A stretch of 64,000 nucleotides of DNA. It comes from Utricularia gibba (Eukaryota > Plantae > Magnoliophyta). The position numbers were made by a program, and so were the translations under genes. How positions within the stretch are numbered: the first letter of the stretch is position 1; each line of letters opens with the position of its first letter. Below the pieces are notes generated by a model. It ran no database searches and was not told the origin of the DNA. It saw only the letters and a list, made by a program, of their open reading frames with translations. This document shows, in pieces, positions 50,483-60,059 of this stretch. The stretch spans positions 1,984,001-2,048,000 of the forward strand of contig CM007992.1 in NCBI GenBank assembly GCA_002189035.1, written 5' to 3'.

Positions 50483-53400
50483 TAGCAGAATGGTTTACTG
50501 TGTTGGAGATCAGCCTCAATCCAAAGGTTGAAGGTGATTGGAAGCATTAATATTGTGTCATAATGTCATGTTTTAGATAAAAAAAAAGTGTTGGATTCGA
50601 GTATGGAACTGTTGGATTCGAGTTGATGGGCTTTTTGTGTGTTTTCAATGATTGTTGCCCACTGTTGCGTAACCTAGGTATTGAGTATATATAAATCCTA
50701 CTAGGAATGCGTGTCAACTAGGTTTTAATTGATTCTTATTGTTCATGAGTCGTTTTTCATTCAAGGTGATCTCATAAGCATTACTTTTTTGTTAATTCCC
50801 AAGACTCTATCTTTCTTGCATCCACATGGTATCAGAGCAGTAAGGTCTTCAAAGCTGTGATCATTTCAGTATTTTATTGACCGTTCAGCGTTGTTTACTT
50901 AGTGGATTACCAAGTATCAATCCAAAGCTTTTGAAACGGTGGTTCTGAGTATGGAAGTTGGGTCAAAAAGATGCGTAGCTACCTTCGGGTCAGAAAGATT
51001 TGGGATGTTGTCGAAAGGGAGATTCTGACTATTATAATAACAAGCAAATCCACATCAGAACAGCAAGAGGAAGTTGAGTATCTTCAACAGAGAAAAGATG
51101 AAGCAATGGATGCCTTGTATCAAGCCATTTCTGAACATCTGTTTGATGATATTGCAGAGTGTCAATCAGCGAAAGAAATATGGGATACTCTCAAATCCTA
51201 TTATGAAGGTGATGCCAAACTCAGAGAGATATTATGCAAAAACAAGTTGGAGGACTTTGAGAGGAACCAATTGTTAGACAATGAAACCATACAAGTATAT
51301 TATGAACGTACTGCGAAGATTGTGAAGGAGATTCGAGGATTGGGGGAGAAACTTGAGGATCAAAAGGTGATTAGCAAGGCAATCATGAGACTACCTGCAA
51401 GATTCGAGCCAAAGTTATGTTTACTTGATACAGAAAGAAAAATCCTTGACATTATTGAAGAAAGCTCTATCAGTTTTATCCTGAATATCCTGTTTCAACA
51501 GAGCCAACATTTAGAGAGTTCATGATTGAGTTGCAATATACAGAAAAGAGATTGGAACTAAGAGATTGTTATGAAGTTGAGAAAACTTATGGTGAAGCTG
51601 CTCTCCTCACCAAAATGCAGAATGTGAAAATAAACTCAGGCACAATTAACAATGTCAAGGATGTCAAGTCAACAACCATCAAACAATCAAGAAACGTCAA
51701 TCTCAACATCAACGATGGGTAATCAGAAGTGCAGGCATTGTGATAAATCCAACCACAAGAGTAAAGATTGTTGGACTTTAAACACAAATGCTTGCAAGCA
51801 TTGCAACAAACAGAATCATAGGAGTGAGTTTTGGTTGTGGAAGCCTGATGCTTTGAGCACGAAATGCAATCAAAGAGGCCATCTTGACAAGGTATATGGA
51901 ATGTCAAATGCAATCAAAGTTGAGCATAACAAGAAGGCTACTTTCAGGGATGAGAAATCACATGCATCCTTTATCTACTTTGAAGATGAGCCAGAAATAT
52001 CTTTTGAAGATCCTTTGAGTATGAGTGTGCTCTAATGACAGTAGGCTCAGATGCTAAAGGCTGGTACTTGGACTCTGGCGCCTCCTATCATGTATGCTGT
52101 GATACAAGGTCATTTCTTCAGCTTGAAAAGATTGGGAAGGAGGTAAGCACGTGCACTGGTGAAAATATTGGCATTGTGGGCAAAGGAAGCATTTTACTCT
52201 TACTAAAACATGGAATTGTTCAAGTTGATGATGTTTATTATTCACCAAACCTCAAACAGAACCTGTTGAGCTTTGGCCAATTGAGCAGGCAAGGTTTCGA
52301 TATTGAGCTGATGAAGGATGCTGGTGGTATAACCACTAAAGTTAAGGTTGCTGATCCAAAAACGATGATTGAATTCCATGCTGTGCTGTCTACCTACAAC
52401 CGCTACCAAATCATGGTCAGTGATCATAAAAGTTGTATTTTCTCACTTAAGGATCAAAGCAACCTTTGGCACAAACGTTTTGGGCATTATAGCTTCAGCA
52501 ATCTGAAAATATTGCAGAAGAATAAGGAAGTTCTGGAATTGAAAGACATCAAGTTTGTCGATTCTATATGTGAAGTGTGCCATCAAGGTAAACAATGTAG
52601 AAAGCCATTTTATTCCAGAGATTCAATATCAAAGGAGAAATTAGAACTTATGCATACAGATGTTTGTGGACCATTTAAGGAATGTTCATTGGGGGGGAGT
52701 AGATATTTTGTTACATTCATTGATGATTATTCACGTTATTGTTGGGTTTACTTCCTTAAAAGCAAGTCAGAAGTTCCACATATCTTCCGAAAATTCAAAG
52801 TGATGACTGAGAATCAGAGTGAATGCTCCTTAAAGATGATTCGATCAGACAATGGAGGTGAATTCTACAATAATAGCATGAGAATGTTCTGTGAAAATGA
52901 GGGAATCATGCATCAATTCACCGTACCATATTCTCCACAACAGAATGGTATATGTGAAAGGAGAAACACAACAATCCTTGATATGTCAAGATGCCTATTG
53001 TTTGAGAAAGGTCTTCCTGTAAATTTCTGGGCTGAAGCGCTATCTACATCTGTATATCTATTGAACATGCTTCCATCCAGGGCGATCATGAAAAATGGCA
53101 TGGTTATATTAAAAAGGTTGATCATCTCAGAATCTTTGGTAGTCTGTGTTTTACTCATGTACCAGACCAAAAACGAGGAAAACTTGATAAGAAATCTGCA
53201 TCTGGTGTATTTGTTGGTTATAGCAACACTATCAAGGGATATAAAGTTTATATACGTGACCAGAAGAAATTTATGTTCAGCCATGATGTCTCATTTGATG
53301 AACGTGCAAGGTATACTTTAATTGATGATTGCATTTCTCCGAATGATGCAGAAGCTCGTAAAAGTCGTGGAAGGCATAACACTCATGTGAAAGGAGACCT

Positions 53401-53541
53401 CTGGACACATATGCCTCAAAACTTCCCTTCCAGGAATTCAACAAACCAAGAAACTTCAGAACTCGTCCATAAAGATTCAAATCAAGTAAATGATTAGCAT
53501 TCATATGAGAATTTCCCACCTCTAGAGGAGGAGAAGGTCAC

Positions 53542-54146
53542 TGATGTGACCCTCTAATCTATAGAGATTAGCAACCCACGAACAAGAGGCGATCTTGAAA
53601 CCTAGTAAGGAACCCACCCAAGTCTACCCTCAAGAGAATCAATCTCTTGCAACCAGACTTTGAAAAGAAGGGAAATTTAGGAGCCACACTTCAGAAAGAG
53701 TTGGAATTGGAAGTGATAATCCTAAGACACCACAACCTCGAAGCTTGATAAGTCTAGAGTGTTCAAGCACTCAAAGAAGAGGAGAATCGTCACAACATAC
53801 ATGAAAATGACTAAAAGTCCTGAAATAGTGCATCTATAGAGTATTTATACTCTAAGATTGGGCTTTAACATTACATAGCCCAAACTAAATGAAATAGAAA
53901 AGTCTAACAAGCCCAATGCTCTAAGGTAAATCCATCTTCAAGTAGTTGAGCTCTTTTGATGGGATGTCTTCAAGCCCATGTTTGATTCCAATAGTATTGA
54001 GTAGACCCTTAAGTGTATCTTTAACCATCTTTGTCTTACTCCTAGTCATTGGTCCTGGTGGAATCATCTTTCTCTCTAATGTGTTCACTTGAACAAGCTC
54101 CTCATCATTCTTCAAATACACTTTATTATCTTCCTGGGGCTCATCA
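53542..54146 (-). repeat. CRM solo LTR (605 bp) with TSD GTCAC
   Basis: TGATG…CATCA termini. GTCAC at 53537-53541 and 54147-54151. Same family as 11931-12535. Confidence 0.95.
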
Positions 54147-55152
54147 GTCACGAATCAAGATAACTCATCCAATGAGAATTCAGAATCAAACTCAAAACCC
54201 CTATATAAACAATCTCATCAGGCCAATGATCAACATTCAGATGGGAATTTGGAAATCCTAGAAGAGGAGCAAGACACGAATGCAGAAGACTTATCAACAG
54301 ATGAATCTGATGGAGAGGAACCTGATACTGATGATGAAGATTATTACCCATCTGATCGTGATTGGCAAGGAAGGAAACACAAAAACATCAGAGATTCAAT
54401 GATTAATGAAGATAGTCATGTTACTGACATTAGAAGAAGCAAAAGAAACAAGGCTCCTACAATAAGTTTCTCCAAGTTCAATGATGATGTCCAGGATGCT
54501 GTAGCTGATATTTTGGCTGGATTATTGACAGGAGATCCAACATCATTTGAAGTGGCTGTACAAAATTCGAAATGGAGAGAGGACATGAAGGAAGAAATGA
54601 ATTGTATACTTGAAAATGAAACATGAGAGTTAGTTGAGAAACCCAAGGATAGGGGTTTCAAACCTATTGGCCTCAAGTAGTTATTCAAAACCAAGATGAA
54701 TGCAGATGGTTCTATCAACAAATATAAGGCTAGATTAGTAGCCAAGGGATATAGTCAGATCAAAGGAATAAATTTTCATAAGATTTTTGCACCAGTAGCA
54801 AGATTTGACACGATTAAAGTACTTCTTGCCATTTCAGGTGCTCATGGATGGAAAGTGCATCACATGGATGTGAAGACTGCGTTTTTGAATGGTGTGTTGG
54901 AGGAGGTTGTTTTTGTTGAACAACCAAAGGGTTTTGAAGTGTCAGGTTATGAAGACAAAGTATTGAAGCTAAAGAAATCTCTTTATGGGTTGAAGCAAGC
55001 TCCTAGAGCATGGAATGAACACATAGATTGTTGGAGATCAGCCTCAATCCAAACCTTGAAGGTGATTGGAAGAACTAAACATGTGTCATAATGTCATATT
55101 TCAGATAAAAAAGGTATTGGGTTCGAGGATGGAATTGTTGGATTTGAGTTGT

Positions 55153-55226
55153 TGGGCTTTTTGTGTGTTTTCAATGATTGTGGCCCACTGTTGGGTAACC
55201 TAGGTATTGGGTATATATAAACCCTA
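55153..55226 (+). promoter_or_regulatory. LTR promoter: two site-II-like motifs (TGGGCT 55153-55158, GGCCCA 55182-55187), TATA box (55212-55221), telo-box AAACCCTA (55219-55226)
   Basis: The motifs are read directly from the sequence and are present in most LTR copies. Function is inferred. Confidence 0.6.
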
Positions 55227-55469
55227 CTAGGAATGCGTGTCATTAGGTTTTCGGTCATTATTATTGTTCATGAGTCGTTTTTCATCCAAGGTGATCTCAT
55301 AAGCATTACCTTTTTGTTACTTCCCAAGACTCTATTTTTCTTGCAACAACATGGTATCGGAGCAGTAAGGTTCTCAAACCTGTGTTCGTTTCAGTATTTT
55401 ATATACCGTTCAGCGTTTTTTACCTGGTGGACTACCAAGTATCAACCCAAAGCTTGTCAAGCGGTGGCT

Positions 55470-58400
55470 ATGATGGCATCTGGTAGAGGACCTCCAATAT
55501 TTGATGGTTCAGAGTATGGAAGCTGGGTCAAAAAGATGCGCAGCTACCTTCGGGTCAGAAAGATTTGGGATGTTGTTGAAAGGGAGATTCCGGCTATTAC
55601 AATAACAAGCAAATCCACATCAGAACAGCAAGAGGAAGCTGAGTATCTTCAACAGAGAAAAGATGAAGCAATGGATGCCTTGTATCAAGCCATCTCTGAA
55701 CATCTATTTGATGATATTGCAGAGTGTCAATCAGCAAAAGAAATATGGGATACTCTCAAATCCCATTATGAAGGCGATGCCAAACTCAGAGAGATATTAT
55801 GCAAAAACAAGCTGGAGGACTTTGAGAGGAACAAAATGTTAGACAATGAAACCATACAAGTCTATTATGAACGTACTGCGAAGCTTGTGAAGGAGATTCG
55901 AGGATTGGGGGAAAAACTTGAGGATCAAAAGGTGATTAGCAAGGCAATCATGAGCCTACCTGCAAGATTCGAGCCAAAGTTATGTGCACTTGAGACAGAA
56001 AGAAAAATCTTTGACATTATTGAAGGAAAGCTCCATCAGCTGTATCCTGAATATCCTGTTACACCAGAGCCAACATTTAGAGAGTTCATGATTGAGTTGC
56101 AATCTACAGAAAAGAGATTGGAGCTAAGAGATGGTTATGAAGTTGAGAAAACTTATGGTGAAGCTGCTCTCCTCACCAAAATGCAGAATATGAATATAAA
56201 CTCAGGTGCAATTAACAATGTCAAGGATGTCAAATCAACAGCCATCAAACAATCACCAACGTCAATCCCCACATCAACGATGGGCAATCAGAAGTGCAGG
56301 CATTGTGACAAATCCAACCATAAGAGTGAAGATTGTTGGACTTTAAGCACAAATGCTTGCAAGCATTGTAACAAACAGAATCACAGGAGTGAGTTTTGTT
56401 GGTGGAAGCCTGATGCTTTGTGCACGAAATGCAATCAAAGAGGCCATCTTGACAAGGTATGTGGAATGTCAAAACCAATAAAAGTTGAGCATAACAAGAA
56501 GGCTACTTCCAGGGAAGAGAAATCACATGCATCCTTTACCTACTTTGAAGATGAGCCAGAAATATCTTTTGAAAATCCTTTTGAGTATGAGTGTGCTCTA
56601 ATGACAGTAGCCTCAGATGCTAAAGGTTGGTACTTGGACTCTGGTGCCTCCTATCATGTATGTTGTGATACAAGGTCATTTCTCAAGCTTGAAAGGATTG
56701 GGAAGGAGGTAAGCACGTGCACTGGTGAAAATATTGGCATTGTGGGCAAAGGAAGCATTTTACTCTTGCTAAAAGAAGGAATTGTTCAAGTTGATGATGT
56801 TTATTATTCACCAAACCTCAAACAGAACCTGTTGAGCTTTGGCCAATTGAGCAGGCAAGGTTTTGACATTGAGCTGATGAAGGATGCTGGTGGTATAACC
56901 ACTAAAGTTAAGGTTGCTGATCCAAAAACGAAGATTGAATTCCATGCTGTGTTGACCACCTACAACCTCTACCAAATCATGGTCAGTGATCATAAAAGTT
57001 GTATTTTCTCACTTCAGGATCAAAGCAGCCTTTGGCACAAACGTTTTGGGCACTATAGCTTCAACAATTTGAAAATATTGCAGAAGAATAAGGAAGTACT
57101 GGAATTGAAAGACATCAAGTTTGCTAATGCCATATGTGAAGTGTGCCATCAAGGTAAGCAATGTAGAAAGCCGTTTTATTCCAGTGATTCAGTAGCAAAG
57201 GAGAAATTAGAGCTTGTGCATACAGATGTTTGTGGACCATTTAAGGAATGTTCATTAGGGGGGAGTAGATATTTTGTTACATTCATTGATGATTATTCAC
57301 GTTATTGTTGGGTTTACTTTCTTAAAAGCAAGTCAGAAGTTCATCATATCTTTCGAAAATTCAAAGTGATGATTGAGAATCAGAGTGGATGCTCTTTGAA
57401 GATGATTAGATCAGACAATGGAGGCGAATTCTACAATAATAGCATGAGAATGTTCTGTGAAAATGAGGGAATCATGCATCAATTCACCGTACCATATTCT
57501 CCACAACAGAATGGTGTATGTGAAAGGAGAAACAGAACAATCCTTGATATGTCAAGATGTCTATTGTTTGAGAAAGATCTTCCTGTAAATTTCTGGGCTG
57601 AAGCGGTATCTACATCTGTATATCTATTGAACTTGCTTCCCTCAAGGGCGATTAGTGGAAAAACCGCGCATGAAAAATGGCATGGTTATATTAAAAAGGT
57701 TGATCATCTCAGAATCTTTGGTAGTCTGTGTTTTACTCATGTACCAGACCAAAAACGAGGAAAACTTGATAAGAAATCTGCATCTGGTGTATTTGTTGGT
57801 TATAGCAACACTACCAAGGGATATAAAGTTTATTTACCTCAACAGAAGAAATTTATTTTCAGCCATGATGTCACTTTTGATGAAGGTGCAAGGTATACTT
57901 TAATTGATGATTGCATTTCTCTGAATGATGTAGAAGCTCATAAAAGTGATGGAAGGCATAGCACCCATGTGAAAGGAGACCTCTGGACACACATGTCTCA
58001 AAACTTCTCTTCCAGGAATTCAACAAACCAAGAAACTTCAGAACTCGTTCATGAAGATTCAAATCAAGTAAATGATCAGCATTCAGATGAGAATTTTCCA
58101 GCTCCAGAGGAGGAGAAGGCCAATGATCTACATTCAGATGGGAATTTCGAAATCCCAGAAGAGGAGCAAGGCACGAATGCAGAAGACTCATCAACAGATG
58201 AATCTGATGGAGAGGAACCTGATACTGATGATGAAGATTATTACCCATCTGATCGTGATTGGCAAAGGAGGAAACGCAAAAACATCAGAGATTCAATAGA
58301 TAATGAAGATAGTCATGTTACTGACATTAGACGAAGCAAAAGAAACAAGGCTCCTACAATAAGTTTCTCCAAGTTGAATGATGATGTCCAAGATGCTGTA

Positions 58401-60059
58401 GCTGATATTTTGGCTGGATTATTGACAGGAGATCCAACATCATTTGAAGTGGCTGTACAAAATCCGAAATGGAGAGAGGCCATGAAGGAAGAAATGAACT
58501 CTATACTTGAAAATGAAACATGGGAGTTAGTTGATAAACCCAAGGATAGAGGTTTCAAACCTATTGGCCTCAAGTGGTTATTCAAAACCAAGATGAATGC
58601 AGATGGTTCTATCAACAAATATAAGGCTAGATTAGTAGCCAAGGGATATAGTCAGATCAAAGGAATAAATTTTCATGAGGTTTTTGCACCAGTAGCAAGA
58701 TTTGACACGATTAAAGTACTTCTTGCCATTTCAGCTGCTCATGGATGGAAAGTGCATCACATGGATGTTAAGACTGCGTTCTTGAATGGTGTGTTGGAGG
58801 AGGTTGTTTTTGTTGAACAACCAAAGGGCTTCGAAGTGTCAGGTCATGAAGACAAGGTATTGAAGCTAAAGAAATCTCTCTATGGGTTGAAGCAAGCTCC
58901 TAGAGCATGGAATGAACGCATGGATAACTTTCTTCAGGGTATTGGTTTCAGAAAAACATATAGTGATTACTCACTATATGTTAAAGGAAAAGAAGATGAT
59001 CGTTTATTTATTAGCTTATATGTGGATGATCTTATGATTACCTCAGGTAATGAAAGGAAGATTGAGGAATTCAAAGCTCTGCTCAAAAATGAATTCAAAA
59101 TGACTGACCTTGGAATGATGTCTTACTATCTAGGCATGGAAATTCATCAGCTTGAAGGTGTTGGAACATTCATATCTCAGAAAAAGTACTGTAATGAACT
59201 TCTTGAAAGGTTTGGGTTCAAAGATGTCAATCCTTCAAAAACGCCTTTGGATTACAAACAAGTGATTGGAGAGAACAATCAGGGAAAGAATGTGGATGCC
59301 ACTACTTATAGAAGTATGATTGGAAGCCTCATTTATCTCCAGCATACAAGGCCTGACTTGTGTTTTTGTGTAAACGTCTTATCTCGCTTCCTCAACAAAC
59401 CAACAACAACTCACATGGCAGCTGTGAAAAGAGCTTTCAGGTACATAAAATCATCTACTGATTTCGGATTGTTCTATCCCTATGAAGGTAAAAAACCAGT
59501 CTTGAAACTTAGAGCCTACTCAGATAGTGATTATGGTATGGCTGAAGATAGCAAGAGTACATCTGGTGCACTCTTCTTCTTAAATAAGTGCCCTGTAGTC
59601 TGGTTTTCTAAGAAACAAAAAGTGGTAGCACAATCAACAGCTGAAGCAGAATACATCTCAGCAGCACATGCTTCGAACTATTGTGTTTGGTTCAGGCAGA
59701 TGCTAAACGAACTTGGATTCATACAACAGGAAGCTACACATCTGCTTATGGATAATCGAGCTGCAATCTCCATTGCCAAGGATCCGACGAACTTCAGCAA
59801 AGCCAAACACATAAGAATCAGGTATCATGTCATAAGGAATTACATCAAGGAGAAGAAGATTAAAGTGCAATATGTTGAGAGTGGGAATCAGCTTGCTGAT
59901 GGGCTCACCAAAGGTTTGAACAGAGTTCACTTTGAGCTAGCAAGGAAGAACATGAATCTCATGACTATGGAAGACTTTCTCAAATTGGGAGATCTCGGTC
60001 TGGGGGGAATGTTGGAGATCAGCCTCAATCCAAACCTTGAAGGTGATTGGAAGAACTAA
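55470..60059 (+). CDS. gag-pol: copia Gag-Pol polyprotein (gag, 3 CCHC knuckles, protease, integrase, RT, RNase H)
   Basis: Single open frame. The ORF track starts it at 55233 inside the LTR; the probable start is MMASGRGPPIFDGSEYGSW. All catalytic motifs are present (DSGAS, DVCG/SDNGGEF/VCER, YVDD, DSD/EAE/DN/ADGLTK). Confidence 0.93.
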   Translation: MMASGRGPPIFDGSEYGSWVKKMRSYLRVRKIWDVVEREIPAITITSKSTSEQQEEAEYLQQRKDEAMDALYQAISEHLFDDIAECQSAKEIWDTLKSHYEGDAKLREILCKNKLEDFERNKMLDNETIQVYYERTAKLVKEIRGLGEKLEDQKVISKAIMSLPARFEPKLCALETERKIFDIIEGKLHQLYPEYPVTPEPTFREFMIELQSTEKRLELRDGYEVEKTYGEAALLTKMQNMNINSGAINNVKDVKSTAIKQSPTSIPTSTMGNQKCRHCDKSNHKSEDCWTLSTNACKHCNKQNHRSEFCWWKPDALCTKCNQRGHLDKVCGMSKPIKVEHNKKATSREEKSHASFTYFEDEPEISFENPFEYECALMTVASDAKGWYLDSGASYHVCCDTRSFLKLERIGKEVSTCTGENIGIVGKGSILLLLKEGIVQVDDVYYSPNLKQNLLSFGQLSRQGFDIELMKDAGGITTKVKVADPKTKIEFHAVLTTYNLYQIMVSDHKSCIFSLQDQSSLWHKRFGHYSFNNLKILQKNKEVLELKDIKFANAICEVCHQGKQCRKPFYSSDSVAKEKLELVHTDVCGPFKECSLGGSRYFVTFIDDYSRYCWVYFLKSKSEVHHIFRKFKVMIENQSGCSLKMIRSDNGGEFYNNSMRMFCENEGIMHQFTVPYSPQQNGVCERRNRTILDMSRCLLFEKDLPVNFWAEAVSTSVYLLNLLPSRAISGKTAHEKWHGYIKKVDHLRIFGSLCFTHVPDQKRGKLDKKSASGVFVGYSNTTKGYKVYLPQQKKFIFSHDVTFDEGARYTLIDDCISLNDVEAHKSDGRHSTHVKGDLWTHMSQNFSSRNSTNQETSELVHEDSNQVNDQHSDENFPAPEEEKANDLHSDGNFEIPEEEQGTNAEDSSTDESDGEEPDTDDEDYYPSDRDWQRRKRKNIRDSIDNEDSHVTDIRRSKRNKAPTISFSKLNDDVQDAVADILAGLLTGDPTSFEVAVQNPKWREAMKEEMNSILENETWELVDKPKDRGFKPIGLKWLFKTKMNADGSINKYKARLVAKGYSQIKGINFHEVFAPVARFDTIKVLLAISAAHGWKVHHMDVKTAFLNGVLEEVVFVEQPKGFEVSGHEDKVLKLKKSLYGLKQAPRAWNERMDNFLQGIGFRKTYSDYSLYVKGKEDDRLFISLYVDDLMITSGNERKIEEFKALLKNEFKMTDLGMMSYYLGMEIHQLEGVGTFISQKKYCNELLERFGFKDVNPSKTPLDYKQVIGENNQGKNVDATTYRSMIGSLIYLQHTRPDLCFCVNVLSRFLNKPTTTHMAAVKRAFRYIKSSTDFGLFYPYEGKKPVLKLRAYSDSDYGMAEDSKSTSGALFFLNKCPVVWFSKKQKVVAQSTAEAEYISAAHASNYCVWFRQMLNELGFIQQEATHLLMDNRAAISIAKDPTNFSKAKHIRIRYHVIRNYIKEKKIKVQYVESGNQLADGLTKGLNRVHFELARKNMNLMTMEDFLKLGDLGLGGMLEISLNPNLEGDWKN

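Noticed and set aside
8842-50500. TACTG at 8842-8846 and 50496-50500 as a TSD pair
   Set aside because: The adjacent LTR termini are both 5' ends and belong to different subtypes, and the wider flanks do not join. This is likely coincidence.
48478-50826. Inverted 3' half abutting a 5' LTR as an autointegration product
   Set aside because: There are 18 unexplained bases at the junction and no 5-bp duplication, and the plus copy continues normally instead of meeting an inverted LTR end.
55100-55160. U3 repeats GTTGG(G/A)TTCGAG as heat-shock elements
   Set aside because: The spacing does not fit alternating nGAAn/nTTCn units. They are only short degenerate U3 repeats.
301-59930. Many recurring 60-135 aa antisense or alternate-frame ORFs (MITDHDL…, MATNLAL…, MGNNLHH…, MEKPRMK…) as possible accessory genes
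   Set aside because: They are shadows of the repeated pol sequence. Their recurrence only reflects DNA identity among copies, and they show no recognisable domains.
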